A stretch of 64,000 nucleotides of DNA, taken from assembly GCA_965218435.1 (NCBI GenBank), contig CBDCKW010000005.1, positions 512,001 to 576,000 of the forward strand, read 5' to 3'. A model generated the notes under the pieces. That model did not search any database, was not told where the DNA came from, and worked only from the letters and a program-made list of their open reading frames with translations. Below are positions 51,836 through 63,870 of the stretch, one piece after another. Position 1 is the first letter of the stretch; each line of letters begins with the position of its first letter. A program made the translations under genes and the position numbers. The DNA comes from Truepera sp. GTDB lineage: Bacteria; Deinococcota; Deinococci; Deinococcales; Trueperaceae.

Positions 51836-52317
51836 GCAACACTATCGATCCTGGATCATATATTAAGGAGAAGTTCACAACATTGATTCTGATACGGGTT
51901 TTGCGACACTTTATATGCTCTAGAAAGTCGATAAAAGTTTGTTTCAATAAATTGTAGGGGAAATGAAGGTTTTCGAGGCACCCGACGTGGGCACAAGTTT
52001 GGGCGAGCGACAAGGGGAAACATATAACCCCGCCCAGTCCAAATTAATTTATTAGGGACGACACCCCTCAAGCATTCAACTGACAATAGCCCTCCGCTAT
52101 CTTTGGCGAACCCGCGGCGCGGAGGTCTTGGAAACCTCATGACCTGGGAGGTCCGGAACTAATTATCCGGGCGAGACCATCCAACCCTCGGCGTTTTCGC
52201 TGCCGTGACCCCTGGTTCTAGCGTTCGGCAAAAGGTAGTGTGGCTCAAGTTCGTTCGCGCCTTCGCCCGCAGTAGAAAGCTGACAGTTCGCCGATATTGG
52301 ACTGATACGCTGCGCGC

Positions 52318-52707
52318 ATGAAACTAGCCACCGTTGGTATTTTTATAGTACTGTCCTACGGTTTAGCTCACGGGGAAGCAGGAATTGAGCGGGACGTGCC
52401 AGCTGCCCTCTTTCGGGCCCTACAGGCAGCTCGCATCTCCTGCCCTGAGGAAGTGAAGGACGCTAACAGCCGTCTTTTCTGCGCCTCAACAGCGCACAAC
52501 GCGACCGCCTTCAAAAACACGGTGGAGGCAGTTGACGCCGACACCTTGACTATGAGGCCAACGGGCGACTGGGGCTCTTATGAGGGTGAAGACATACAGC
52601 GCTCCCACCTCTACCGTGACGGGTTCATGACAGTCGCGCTATACGAAAACATGGGCGGAAACGGCCACGGGCTCGTCATCGTCCGAACGTTGATGCCGCA
52701 CGACTGA
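52318..52707 (+). CDS. Hypothetical exported protein
   Basis: Signal-peptide-like N-terminus; two Cys. Confidence 0.55.
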   Translation: MKLATVGIFIVLSYGLAHGEAGIERDVPAALFRALQAARISCPEEVKDANSRLFCASTAHNATAFKNTVEAVDADTLTMRPTGDWGSYEGEDIQRSHLYRDGFMTVALYENMGGNGHGLVIVRTLMPHD

Positions 52708-52846
52708 GCCTGACCACGACCTATCACCCGGAAGCAGCCTTACTGCCGCCTGACAAAGAGCGCGTATGTTCAAGTCAGCGCTGGAGGACTCTGACTCTCA
52801 CGCCTTCATCCAACGGAACCCGACCCTTCGCCAAAAGGAGAGATTT

Positions 52847-53122
52847 GTGCGTCACACTCACCGAACTGCTGTCCTCGTCACTTTAGCTCTAGCTTCTACC
52901 TGCGCCTTAGCCCAGTCCCAGTCGGCGCAGATCACCCAGACGCAAGACACGTACTTCCAGTAGGGCCAGCAGACCCTCCAGCAGATGCTCGAGCAACAGG
53001 CCAATATGGATCAGGCGAAAAACGTTATTATCTTCATCGCTGACGGGGCCGACCCGGTTGTACACACCTCGGCGCGCATCCTCGGCGGGCAGCAGCGCGG
53101 CGAGGTCGGTGAACGCAACGTC
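52847..53122 (+). pseudogene. Alkaline phosphatase N-terminal fragment with in-frame stop
   Basis: Signal peptide, TAG at 52961, then AKNVIIFIADG...TSARILGGQ. Confidence 0.7.
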
Positions 53123-54013
53123 CTATCGCAAGTCTTCGATATGCCTGAGCTCGTCGTCACTGAACCCTACCCCCACCGCGCCCAGATGCTCCTCGACCTG
53201 TGCGGGGCTCTTCGCGCCGACCAGAACACAAGTTACAGCCGGAAGGCGCAGCAGCCAGGCCACGGCGAGCTGCATCAGGCTAAGCCCCTTGTCATGTGCA
53301 ACTGCTTCCAGACCTTTCGCCACAGCTAGATAGCGCGTAAACGTATCACCCTGGAACCGAGCCATCTGAGCGCGCTCGTCGTCGTCGGGAAAGCGGTGCC
53401 CTGGCGAGTATTTACCGGTTAGCAAACCTTTGGCCAGCGGGCTGTGGGCCAACAGGCCGATACCGTGCTGTTCGCAAAAAGGGATATCTTCTCGTTCGAT
53501 CTCCCGGTCGAACAAGTTATAGCGAGGCTGGTTGGCTTGGAAGCGTACAGTTTGCAGCGCCTCCCGCATCTACTCGGCGCTAAAGTTCGACACCCCAAGG
53601 TAGCGCGCCTTGCCCGCTGCTTGCAGTTCGGCCATCGTCTCCATGCTTTCCTCAACTGGGTAACGCGCGTCCGGGCCGTGGAGCTGGTAGAGGTCTACAG
53701 CGTCCACGTCCAAGGCTCGTAAGCTGTCGTCGATGGCTGAAAGGATGCCCGCACGTGAGTAATCGCCGCTTACCTTAGTGGCGAGAAAACAGCGCTCGCG
53801 GTAGCCGTCCTTGAGCGCTTTGCCGAGGGTGGCCTCGCTCGAGCGGTACGCCTGAGCCGTGTCGAGCAGCGTGATACCGTTGTCGATGGCGGCGCGGACG
53901 GTGTCAATTGCTGTCTCCTCATCCACCTGACCCATGCCGCCGCCCAGAGGCCATGCGCCTAGACCCAGAACCGATACCTGCGGGCCATCTTTGCCGAGTT
54001 GTCGGTACTCCAT
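53123..54013 (-). pseudogene. Aldo/keto reductase with in-frame TAG at 53570-53572
   Basis: LDTAQAY, DLYQLH, GVSNF | YNLFDRE, SPLAKGLLTGK in the same frame. Confidence 0.85.
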
Positions 54014-54463
54014 TTCGCCTCCTTAGATGTAGGGTGTTACCTCAGTAAGGGGTACTGCTCAGGTCATGTTAGTTGCGTCTTTCTAGCTCTCGTATACGCC
54101 TAGAATGCCTTTCACTAAGGGACCATGAGTGTTAGAGATGACAAACGCTCGCTAAGCAGGCTAAGCTAGCTCGGCCTGCTCGATTAGAGGAGTGGCCCAC
54201 ACTTCAATAAGGCTTGCTCACCTCCGCCTAAGTGAAGGCAGAAGCAGGCTGTTATGTCGCATAACGGCCCAAGCGTGAAATAAGGGATTTGCACTGAACG
54301 CGCTCAACTCACGCACAAGCCTCAACCGCAACCCTGGCTCTACCCTTGCGAAAACCACACTTTTGTACTCGAGTAGGCCTTTTTACCTAATCTGAGCTAG
54401 GCCTTTCGGAGCTGCCGATCCCCGCGGCCTCCGACCTAAGCTGTGGTTCGGAGGTTGAGAGTT

Positions 54464-55222
54464 ATGGTTTTAGAGGTTGAAAATCTGCAAGTCCGCTATG
54501 GGACTTATCAAGCTGTCAAGGAGTTGACGTTCGACGTGAAGGCCGGGGAAATCTTTGGACTCCTAGGACCGAACGGTGCCGGTAAAACCAGCACCCTCGC
54601 GGTGATCGAGGGCTTACAGGCACCCTCGGCGGGTCGTGTCACCGTTTGCGGTATCGACGTTGTCAGAAACCCCTTGGAGGCCAAAAGCAACCTGGGGGTG
54701 CAGCTTCAGGCGACTAGCTTCCAACCCGAGTTGACACTGCGGGAGTTGGTCCAGTGCTACGGCAGTCTTTATGGGGTTAAGGTTTCCGGTAGCGACGCCG
54801 TCACGATTCTCGCTGGGGTGGACTTAGCCAACCAAGCCCACAAGCACGCCGGGCACCTTTCCGGCGGTCAGCAGCAGCGCCTGGCGCTCGCCGTCGCACT
54901 CATCCACGACCCAGAACTGATGCTCTTGGACGAACCCACCACCGGGCTCGACCCGCAGTCGCGGCGCAGCCTCTGGGGGCGCATCGAAGGTTTACGTGCG
55001 GCGGGGCGGAGCGTCTTGCTCACCACCCACTCGATGGAAGAGGCCGCGGCGCTTTGTGACCGCATCGCCATCATGGATCACGGCAAGATGTTGGCTCAGG
55101 ACACCCCGGCGGGTCTGATTCAGACCTACAGCAACCACTCTGCCGTTCGCTCGGTCGCCCACGGCCCCGTCACCTTGGAAGACGTTTTTATCGGCCTCAC
55201 CGGCCAGGAGGTAAGAGCATGA
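54464..55222 (+). CDS. ABC transporter ATP-binding protein
   Basis: GPNGAGKT, LSGGQ and LDEPT. Confidence 0.95.
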   Translation: MVLEVENLQVRYGTYQAVKELTFDVKAGEIFGLLGPNGAGKTSTLAVIEGLQAPSAGRVTVCGIDVVRNPLEAKSNLGVQLQATSFQPELTLRELVQCYGSLYGVKVSGSDAVTILAGVDLANQAHKHAGHLSGGQQQRLALAVALIHDPELMLLDEPTTGLDPQSRRSLWGRIEGLRAAGRSVLLTTHSMEEAAALCDRIAIMDHGKMLAQDTPAGLIQTYSNHSAVRSVAHGPVTLEDVFIGLTGQEVRA

Positions 55223-56013
55223 ACCGGACCCTGCAGGTCAACCCCCCATTTGTGACCTCGAGTCACAGCAACACCCTCAAGTTTTGGGCACTCCTCAGCG
55301 CTGAACTCACCGCCCTGCGCCGCAACTGGCGACTGCTGCTGTGGACAGTCGCGTTTCCGCCCCTCATTTTTGTCGCCAGTATGGGGTTTGGCGGCAGCGG
55401 CTCGTCCCCAGCCATCGTCGCCATGCTTTTAGCCAGCGCCATCAGCATCGGCATCTTTGCGTTAGGGCTGTTCGGCTATGCGAGTATGCTCGCTACCTAC
55501 CGCGACCAGGGTGTTTTCCGACGGCTGCGCTGCACCCCGGTGCCCGGCTGGATGTTGCTTATGAGCAAAGTCGTCGCGCAACTCGTCGCCGTGTTGCTGC
55601 AAAGCGTGCTGGTCATCGTTGTCGCCGTCGTTTTCTATCACATCACCTTGACTTTTGAAGGGGTAGCGCTCGCTTTAGTCGGGGTGGTCTTGGGCGGTTT
55701 GGCGGCTCTCGCGCTGGGGCAGTTTATCGCCAGCCTCACCCGCTCGGCGGCGAGCGTGAGCGCCATAGCCCGCCTGACCCTGTTCGGCTTGGTCTTTTTG
55801 GACGGTTCTCTTTTGCCGATTGCCAACATGCCCGAGCCCTTAGCGGTACTCGCAACCTGGTCGCCCATTCACCTCTGTTTAGTAGTTGTCGAAAGCGCCT
55901 TCACGCAGTCCTGGTGGACTCTAACGAACCTCAGCTACACCCTCGCGCTGCTCGGTTACATCGTCTTGCTGAGCGCCGTGAGCGCTCGGACCTTCAAGTG
56001 GGACGCCCGCTGA
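55219..56013 (+). CDS. ABC-2 type permease
   Basis: About six TM segments; RDQGVFRRLRCTP. Confidence 0.88.
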   Translation: MNRTLQVNPPFVTSSHSNTLKFWALLSAELTALRRNWRLLLWTVAFPPLIFVASMGFGGSGSSPAIVAMLLASAISIGIFALGLFGYASMLATYRDQGVFRRLRCTPVPGWMLLMSKVVAQLVAVLLQSVLVIVVAVVFYHITLTFEGVALALVGVVLGGLAALALGQFIASLTRSAASVSAIARLTLFGLVFLDGSLLPIANMPEPLAVLATWSPIHLCLVVVESAFTQSWWTLTNLSYTLALLGYIVLLSAVSARTFKWDAR

Positions 56014-56065
56014 CCGACGTAGTGACCATGCCTCACACAAACTTTTACGTGAGGCACGGTCTTCC

Positions 56066-57289
56066 ATGAGACTTTACATGACAAGGCGCTACACTGAAGT
56101 TGAGATGGCTGCTACACCCTTCAAATCTCCCCGCTGGCCGCTACGGCTACTGCTGCTCATTTGCTTCGGTTTCGCTTTGGGACAAACGCTTCACGATCCT
56201 AAGTTTGCGTCATCCAATGGGCGAGGCTGGGCCGCCATCGGCCTTTTACTGCTTGCTCTGGGGAGCGCCGTGACGATTCGACGCGCCCGCTGGTCTTACT
56301 TGAACTTGGGTTTGCTTATTACCAGTGTACTGGCTTTGCAACTGTTAGGGCCAAAAGATGACCTGTCTATTATGCTCTATGTCGCGGTAGGTGCCTTGGG
56401 GGCGGGCACGTCTGCGCGGTGGTTGCCCTACGTTGCGTTCGCTACTGTCTTCGGTGTGGTGCTGCTAGCCTCGACGCAGACGCGTCTAAGCAGCACCAGC
56501 GACCTCCTCGGCGTCGCCTTTTCCTTCGCGGCAACGTTTTTCCTTGCTCACACACTTGTCACCTTGCGGAGGAGCCGCGACGAGCTAGCGCGGGTTTTGA
56601 AAGAGTTACAACAAGCGCACGGGGAACTGCGTGTCTACGCCGCTCAGGCCGAAGAACTCGCCGTAGCAAAAGAACGCAACCGCTTGGCCCGCGACCTCCA
56701 CGACACCCTGGGACACGCGCTTTCGGCTATCACCGTGCAGCTCGAGGCGGTGCGCCGCGTTGCCAGACACCAACCCGAAAACCTCGAGCCGCTCATCCAG
56801 GAAACGCAGTCACTTTCTCGTCAGGCGCTACGCGATTTGCGAGAAAGCTTGAGCGACCTGCGCCGTTTGGAAGACGAGCTGCCGCTTCAGGACAGGGTGC
56901 AACGTCTCGCCGAGCAGTTCGCGAAGGAAAATTATTGGACGCTCTCTCTAAACCTCGCCGTCGCGACGATGCCCGCGCCCCAGGCTCATGCGCTGGTGAG
57001 GGTGGCACAAGAAGCGCTTTACAACGCCGCTCGGCACGCTCACGCGGAACACGTCACGGTCGAACTTTGTGCTGACGTGCAGGACGTGAAGCTGACTGTT
57101 GGTGACAACGGTGTCGGCTTTGACACCGTTGTCGTACGTCCCGGTCATTATGGGCTCGAGGGTGTGCGGGAGCGGGTCTCGCTTTTGGGTGGAATCGTCG
57201 AGGTGACAAGTCGTCCCGGCCACGGCACCCAGGTTCGTGTAAGTATTCCCTTGAGCGTGGCTGAGGAACCGCTGAGGGTTGAGGCGTGA
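56066..57289 (+). CDS. Sensor histidine kinase (HisKA_3)
   Basis: [26 protein letters not shown] and DNGVGF. Confidence 0.93.
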   Translation: MRLYMTRRYTEVEMAATPFKSPRWPLRLLLLICFGFALGQTLHDPKFASSNGRGWAAIGLLLLALGSAVTIRRARWSYLNLGLLITSVLALQLLGPKDDLSIMLYVAVGALGAGTSARWLPYVAFATVFGVVLLASTQTRLSSTSDLLGVAFSFAATFFLAHTLVTLRRSRDELARVLKELQQAHGELRVYAAQAEELAVAKERNRLARDLHDTLGHALSAITVQLEAVRRVARHQPENLEPLIQETQSLSRQALRDLRESLSDLRRLEDELPLQDRVQRLAEQFAKENYWTLSLNLAVATMPAPQAHALVRVAQEALYNAARHAHAEHVTVELCADVQDVKLTVGDNGVGFDTVVVRPGHYGLEGVRERVSLLGGIVEVTSRPGHGTQVRVSIPLSVAEEPLRVEA

Positions 57290-57921
57290 TTCGCATTCTT
57301 ATCGCCGAGGACCAGCCGCTGATGCGGCGCGGGCTCAAAACGGTGCTCGAGTTCGAGCCGGGTCTCGAGGTGGTGGGCGAAGCTGCCAACGGGAGTGAAG
57401 CGCTCGAGCGGGTCGCAGAGTTGCGCCCGGACGTCGTGCTGATGGACGTGCAGATGCCGGGGCTGAACGGGGTCGAGGCGACGCGGCAGCTGGTGCGCGC
57501 CCACCTTGGGTGCCGCGTGCTCATCCTCACCACCTTCGATACGGAGGATTATGTTTTAGACGCCGTCCGGGCCGGGGCGGCGGGATATTTGCTCAAAGAC
57601 GTGCAGGCCGAGGAGCTTTGCGACGTCATCCGCGCCGTGGCGCGAGGCGAAGTATTTATTCAACCCAGCGTCGCGGCGAAATACCTGCGCTTGTTAGCTG
57701 AGAAACAGCGTGAGCCGGTCGAGGAAACCTTGTCAAACCGGGAGTTGGAGGTGCTGCGTGAGCTGGCTGAGGGGCAGAGCAACAAAGAGATAGCGCGCTT
57801 GCTCGGCATCTCTGAGAGCACTGTCAAAAACCATGTCAACAGTATCCTCGCCAAATTGCGCGTGAAAAACCGTACGGAGGCGGCGCTCAAAGCCAAGGTG
57901 GTTTCAGATGAGATACGCTAA
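57286..57921 (+). CDS. NarL/LuxR response regulator
   Basis: [22 protein letters not shown]. Confidence 0.95.
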   Translation: MIRILIAEDQPLMRRGLKTVLEFEPGLEVVGEAANGSEALERVAELRPDVVLMDVQMPGLNGVEATRQLVRAHLGCRVLILTTFDTEDYVLDAVRAGAAGYLLKDVQAEELCDVIRAVARGEVFIQPSVAAKYLRLLAEKQREPVEETLSNRELEVLRELAEGQSNKEIARLLGISESTVKNHVNSILAKLRVKNRTEAALKAKVVSDEIR

Positions 57922-58229
57922 ATGAATACGACCTGCACCGTCACTGCCAAGCTAGACATATTAGCCTCGGAACCCTTAGGTTACATTTCGGCCCATTTGC
58001 AGCATAGGAAGGAGGTCGCCTTGAATGCGCTCGATAACCGCATAAAACAATATGCAATAGAAGAAGACGACTACAGATCATCTGGAAATGAGCCGGAGCA
58101 GGTGATGATGCAGGCCAGTTGAAACAAAGCCCTTGAGCGAATGTCATGAGAGGCGGTAGGCCGCAGTCGCTTTGCGTCAGCTCAAACATCACGACACGAG
58201 CTGACGGGAACAGGACTTATTCTCAAGGC

Positions 58230-58748
58230 ATGGATGCTGAGGCGTTTTATCGTTATCTGACCCAGGCTCGCCGCCGACTCTGGACGACCTTGCGCGCCAT
58301 GCCGGATGAGGCACTTTCACAGGCCGTGATCCCGGCAGAAGGGGCGCGCTGCATCAAAGACCTTGTGAAGCACGTCGCCATCGTTGAAGACGGCTGGTTT
58401 CGGTTGGACCTGCTCGGCCAGCCGCTTGTGCTGGAAGCCTACGGTGGAGAGCCTGCGTCAGCTGATGCGTACTGGCACCATCAGGACGAGTCATTGGAGT
58501 CGCTACTCACCTACTGGGAAGCGGTGGAGGCCGACACGCTCCACCGCTGGCCTGAGTTGATGGAGGTGGTCGCAGAGAATCGAAGGGTTCCAGTTTCGGA
58601 GGACCGCCCAGAAACCATCTCAGCGGATGAGGTGATCTGGCACGTCATGCAGCACGAAGTGCGCCACACCGCCCAGATCGTGCAGATGATCCGTCTGCTC
58701 GGATATCAACCCCCCGCCCTGGATCTCGTGTTTTTGACGGCGCGTTGA
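58230..58748 (+). CDS. DinB family protein
   Basis: HVAIVE and HVMQHEVRHTAQ His triad. Confidence 0.85.
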   Translation: MDAEAFYRYLTQARRRLWTTLRAMPDEALSQAVIPAEGARCIKDLVKHVAIVEDGWFRLDLLGQPLVLEAYGGEPASADAYWHHQDESLESLLTYWEAVEADTLHRWPELMEVVAENRRVPVSEDRPETISADEVIWHVMQHEVRHTAQIVQMIRLLGYQPPALDLVFLTAR

Positions 58749-59038
58749 CCAGCCGCGTCCAAAAATCACCTGGATACGAGCCGGAGCAGGATGGCGATAC
58801 GAGTTTATAGCGAGATTAGTGCTTGCGCTGACGGTCGCCTTCATCCTCAACGTGGCTGGCGCGCGGCGGTTTGCAAAATAAAGGGCACGGGCATTGTTGA
58901 TGCTGTTTAAAATTTAACGTAGTGTCACTGCCCAACGAACGCATTGCAATTTGCTTTCAGCGCACTCAACCACCGCACAAGAACGCGATACAAGGTAGCA
59001 CTTTTGGTACAGTTTAAGCACGTAGAATAAACCCTCGA

Positions 59039-59548
59039 CTACTTCCGGTCCCAACGAAACTCTGCATCGGCTTGAACTTCCCTCGCGCCCCGCTCCCCAT
59101 CGACCTCGCGGTGTGGCAGGGGGCTCGAGAGCACGATCTCGGTTTCAACCTCGCCGTGGTTGCTAAGCTGATCGACCAAGACGTCCAGGTGTTTGACCGA
59201 AGCCGTGACCACCCGCAGCAGCGTGCAGTGGCGACCGCTGACCTTATGCACCTCGCGGATTTCGGGATAGTTCTCGACCCTAGCCGTGTTAAGCAGACAC
59301 TTGCCCAACGTGCAGCGCAGATGGATGAACGCCGTGAGCGGCAAGCCGACCTTCGCCAGCTCGATGCGCACGCCGTAGCCGCCGATGATCCCCGCCTCCT
59401 CGAGCTTGCGCACGCGTTCCGCCGTCGCGGGGGCCGAGAGCCCGACCCGCCTGCCAAGTTCGCTGTACGAAAGGCGGGCATCCCTCTGGAGTTCGCGGAG
59501 AATAAGCCAGCTGAGCCGGTCGAGAGCTGTTTCAGTTCGCAAAGTCAT
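59039..59548 (-). CDS. Lrp/AsnC family regulator
   Basis: LQRDARLSYSELGRRVGLSAPATAERVRKLEEAG. Confidence 0.92.
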   Translation of the reverse strand: MTLRTETALDRLSWLILRELQRDARLSYSELGRRVGLSAPATAERVRKLEEAGIIGGYGVRIELAKVGLPLTAFIHLRCTLGKCLLNTARVENYPEIREVHKVSGRHCTLLRVVTASVKHLDVLVDQLSNHGEVETEIVLSSPLPHREVDGERGAREVQADAEFRWDRK

Positions 59549-59741
59549 GGCACCCAAGCTCCTTTCAAACTAAACGCCAAAAAGCGAAATTACCTTATCA
59601 CGCTAGTTCCTTTATCCCGTTCGACCCGTTAGATTATAAGGGTGGCGCAAATAAAACTACAGCCTCCGCAACATAACACCGAACACGGTAGGAACGCGGG
59701 AGCCAGTACGAAGCGGTCTACGCCATGAGTAAGGGCTAAGG

Positions 59742-60509
59742 ATGTACCAACAGCCAAGAGTTTCCAGTTTTAAGGAGGGCAACTTGAACTACGTTTTAAT
59801 CCCCGGTGCTTGGATGGGCGCTTGGGTCTGGGAGCCGGTCACAGACGGGTTGCAGACACTAGGACACCAGGTCTATACGGTCACGCTCCCCGGTCTTGAG
59901 GACACCGCCGCGACGCCGGTCGCAGACGTGACGTTGCAGGCCCACGTCGAGCATGTGCTGTCGCTGCTAGAAACCCACGACCTGTACGACGTCATCGTGG
60001 TCGGGCACAGTTACTCAGGGATCGTGGCGGGGCAGGTCGCCGACCGGGCACCGGACCGGGTCGTTCACACCGTCTACGTCGACGCCTTCTTGCCGCACGA
60101 CGGGCGGTCGCTGCTCGACGCCTTTCCTGAAAGCCAGCGCGAGGACGAGCTCCGTCAGATTGCCGAACGCGGAGGGCGCTGGCCCGCCCCTGATGTCGCC
60201 GGGGCGGCGGACGGCCACGGTCTTTCGGTGACGCAGGCGAAGTGGCTGGTCGAGCGACTCGTCGATCATCCAGGGCGAACCCTCTCTGACCCCGCCGTGT
60301 TGCGGAGGCCGCTAGCCGAACAGCGCGCAACGTACATTGTGTGCGTGTTTGAGGAGTCAGAAGAGGCCGCGGCGCTGCGGAACGCGCCGACCTGGACCTT
60401 CCGCAAGCTAGAGGCCGGTCACTGGCCGATGGTGTCCACGCCCGACCAACTTGTCACATTGCTCGCTGAGGCGGCCTCTCAGTCAAGTCAGAAAGACAAC
60501 TCGCCCTAA
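59742..60509 (+). CDS. Alpha/beta hydrolase
   Basis: PGAWMGAWVW, GHSYSG and GHWPM. Confidence 0.88.
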   Translation: MYQQPRVSSFKEGNLNYVLIPGAWMGAWVWEPVTDGLQTLGHQVYTVTLPGLEDTAATPVADVTLQAHVEHVLSLLETHDLYDVIVVGHSYSGIVAGQVADRAPDRVVHTVYVDAFLPHDGRSLLDAFPESQREDELRQIAERGGRWPAPDVAGAADGHGLSVTQAKWLVERLVDHPGRTLSDPAVLRRPLAEQRATYIVCVFEESEEAAALRNAPTWTFRKLEAGHWPMVSTPDQLVTLLAEAASQSSQKDNSP

Positions 60510-60970
60510 GGTACTCAGTTTTTCATCCCTTACCTAAGCACTAAATCACCTTGGAACCTTGATGTGTATTTCGGCCCTTTCGAAGCATAAGGTCATTCGC
60601 CAAAGACGCGCTCAAGTACCGCATAAAGCTAAGAATCCGCGGCTCAATTCAGTCCACTTTAGATGCTTCAGTCACCTTGACAAAACGTGGGGCGCGGCTG
60701 AGGGCGAGCAGGCCCGCACCCGTAAGGCTGACGATGCTTGCAGCAACAAACACCGTCGTGTAGTTCCCTTTACTCGAGAGCGCCGTAAAAGCAGACATCA
60801 CAGTAGTAACGTCCGTAAGCGAAGCAGGCAATCCCACACGCCCTTTGACCGATTCCTGCATGTAACTGATGGTGATGCTTGGGAGGGCTGCTGAGGGGCA
60901 TCTTCACCCCGTTATTTAACGTGACTGACGGAATAGACATGGTTCACTCTCCTTGTGATGCGTACTTGAC

Positions 60971-61958
60971 TTACTGATGCCCGACGATAGCGTGCGGTAC
61001 GTACGGTTCTTCCAGGTAGGCGACCTCTTCTGGGATCAGCTTGACGGCTAGCGCGCCGACTGCACTTTCCAGATGCGTGATCTTCGTCGCCCCGATAATT
61101 AGGTGCTGTGACCGGCTCCTTTTGTAAAAGCCACGCGAGCGCGATATGAACGCGCGGCACCCCGTGTTTTTCCGCGATTTCTGCAACCCGCGTTACGACC
61201 TGCTTGTCGGTGTCGGCGGTCGCGTCGTACTTGCTCTTGGCAATTTTGTCTGTTTCGGCGCGGAGCGAGCTGTCCGCCGACGGGTCACGCGTCAACCGTC
61301 CCGATGCAAGCGGACTGTACGGCGTCACCCCGATTCCTTCGGCGCGGCAGAGCGGCAGCATCTCCCGTTCTTCTTCACGGTAGAGGAGATTCAGGTGGTC
61401 TTGCACCGAGACAAAGCGCGTCCAGCCGTGCTTTTCGGCCACGTAGAGCGCCTTCTGGAACTGCCACGCGAACATCGCCGACGCGCCGATATAGCGGGCT
61501 TTGCCCGCCTTCACTACGTCATGCAGCGCCTCTATCGTTTCTTCGATGGGCGTCTCGTAATCCCAGCGGTGGATGATGTACAGATCGACGTAATCCGTCC
61601 CTAGCCGTTTTAAGCTGTGGTCGATTTCACTCAGAATCGCCTTACGTGAGAGCCCGCTACCGTTGGGGCCGTCGCGCATTTTGCCGTGCAGCTTGGTGGC
61701 AACGACGACTTCATCACGGTTGGCAAAATCTCTTAGTGCGCGTCCGAGAATCTCCTCGCTGGCTCCAAAAGCGTACACATTCGCCGTATCGAAAAAATTG
61801 ACCCCTAAGTCCAGCGCCTTTTTGATGATGGTGCGGCTCGCCTCCTCGTCCAGCGCCCACTCGTTATGAATCCAGCCTTCGGCGGTACCGAAACTCATAC
61901 AACCGAGGCAGATGCGAGACACGTCCACGCCCGTGTTGCCTAACTTCGTGTAGTCCAT
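60971..61958 (-). pseudogene. Aldo/keto reductase, frameshift near 61100
   Basis: AKR motifs to EPVTAP; the natural tail IIGATKITHLESAV continues in another frame. Confidence 0.85.
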
Positions 61959-62023
61959 AAAATCCCCTCTTCCTCAACCTGTGTTCAAGTCGTTCATAGC
62001 GTTGTCACACTCGGACGTAAACG

Positions 62024-62959
62024 TCACACAGCCTTCACCACGCGTTCCCGTCGTTCTCGGTAGAGGACGTAGAGCCCGCTCGCCAGCGCCAAAAAAGCCC
62101 CCGCCCAGGTCGTCAGCGCTGGAAGCTGGTGCCACAAAACGAAACCCCATACGACGTTGATAGGCAGCGCGACATATTCAAACGGGGCCACGACCGAGGC
62201 TAGCGCTACGCTGTAGGCTCGAGCCAAGAAATACATCCCACCCGCCCAAACCAGCCCGAGTCCCGCCATGATGACCCCATCGAGTAGGGGCGGCGTCGCC
62301 CAGGGACGAAAAAGAAAGGCGACGCTCGGGTGAGCATCCGGAAAATCGCCCACGAGGAACACTACCGGAAGCAAAACGACCGTCGCCAGCAGATAGACGA
62401 GCGAGCTGTAGTAAGCCATCGTCGCGCTGCTGTCGGTGGTTTGCAGCCTGCGCGTGAGGATGGCGGCGAGCGCGTAGAAGAGGACGGAAACCAGGATAAA
62501 TATAGAGCCCAGGTTGAAAGCTACGAAACCGGGCCGGACGATCAGTAGAACGCCGATAAACCCAACGAACAGCGCCACCCAGCGGCGTGGCCCGACGGTT
62601 TCGCCCAGCATCACCACCGATAGAGCGGTAATCATAAGCGGCCCGGAGAACTTGATCGCGGCAATTTCGGCGAGCGGTAACGCTGCCAAGCCCATGAAAT
62701 AGGTGGTGTAAGAGAAAAAATAGAACAGACCGCGAACATATTCAAGTCTGGGCCGCGTCGTGGGCGGCAGTCCCCGCCCACCCTCAAAGCGAAAAAAGAG
62801 CAGGGTGAGGGGTAAAGCGGTCAAGCTACGAAAGACGACGATTTCCAGGATAGGGTAGTCCCCGCCGATCCATTTGACGGCGACATCCTGAAGCGAAAAG
62901 ATCAGCAGACCCAGAACGAGGAAGCCGACGCCTTGGACGTTGTGACCGATTGATTTCAT
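62024..62959 (-). CDS. DMT/EamA family transporter
   Basis: About ten TM segments; LGETVGPRRW and VVAPFEY. Confidence 0.88.
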   Translation of the reverse strand: MKSIGHNVQGVGFLVLGLLIFSLQDVAVKWIGGDYPILEIVVFRSLTALPLTLLFFRFEGGRGLPPTTRPRLEYVRGLFYFFSYTTYFMGLAALPLAEIAAIKFSGPLMITALSVVMLGETVGPRRWVALFVGFIGVLLIVRPGFVAFNLGSIFILVSVLFYALAAILTRRLQTTDSSATMAYYSSLVYLLATVVLLPVVFLVGDFPDAHPSVAFLFRPWATPPLLDGVIMAGLGLVWAGGMYFLARAYSVALASVVAPFEYVALPINVVWGFVLWHQLPALTTWAGAFLALASGLYVLYRERRERVVKAV

Positions 62960-63047
62960 GCGACGGATTTCATCTCACGGCTCTCCGTCCGAGGTTCAAG
63001 ACAAGCCGCAGCGCGCCTATTGTGGTTTGTCTTGACTAATTCTGCCT

Positions 63048-63605
63048 CTACCACGCCCGGTCAACCAGCAGCGGATAAGGATTTTCGGGGTTCCAAAATC
63101 CCGTGTAGACGCCGAAGTGCAGGTGCGGCGGGGTGGTTGCGGCGTTCCCGGTAGTGCCGACGTAGCCTAGAAGCGTCTCGGTGGTGACGGCTTGCCCGTT
63201 TTCAAGCCCTTCCGCGTAGCCCGAAAGGTGGGCATAGTAGTAGCGCACCCCGCCTGCACCGACGACGGTGATGGTGTTGCCGCCGATGCCGTAGGGGCCG
63301 ATATACTCCACATAACCGGGCGTGGCTGAGTAGACGGCCGTGCCTTCAGGCGCGAAGATGTCCAAGCCCTCGTGCGAGCGTCCCTCACTGCGTGCCGCGC
63401 CCCAGGTGTCCGACACTTGGCTCAGGTACACCCCTTCTACCGGCATCAGCAGTTCAGCGTCACGCGCTGCGTTGACGAATTGGGCTTGAGCGGCGGCATA
63501 TGGTGCAACGAAAAGCAGCAGCACGAAAACCACTTTTTCCAGGCTTCTAACCGGGTGGTTCAAAACATTTCTCCTCTCGGCGTGGTATTGATGGCGTACC
63601 AACAC
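63048..63605 (-). CDS. M23 family metallopeptidase
   Basis: HEGLD, YYAHL and PHLHFG. Confidence 0.9.
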   Translation of the reverse strand: MLVRHQYHAERRNVLNHPVRSLEKVVFVLLLFVAPYAAAQAQFVNAARDAELLMPVEGVYLSQVSDTWGAARSEGRSHEGLDIFAPEGTAVYSATPGYVEYIGPYGIGGNTITVVGAGGVRYYYAHLSGYAEGLENGQAVTTETLLGYVGTTGNAATTPPHLHFGVYTGFWNPENPYPLLVDRAW

Positions 63606-63669
63606 GGTTCAGAGCGTCATGGTGTTTCGGGCACAATCCTGACAGTCGCCGCGCGTGCCTTCCCACTAA

Positions 63670-63870
63670 TCATGAGGCGAGGTACGGGCTGGACCTGTAC
63701 TTTGCCCGGTAGGCTTCATCGATGCGATCTTGGATCGCACCCTCAATCGGCTCAAAGGTGACCTCTTTCGTTATGCCGGCGGCCACGATGCGTCCGGCTT
63801 TCTGGCGTATTGCGGCCCCGTACCAGCGCGAGTTGCGCCCGTTATAAGCCCGGACGAGTAGGGTCGCCTC
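63670..63870 (-). pseudogene. DUF2255-like gene fragment
   Basis: VRAYNGRNSRWY...IDEAYRAKYRSSPY; N-terminus not evident. Confidence 0.55.
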
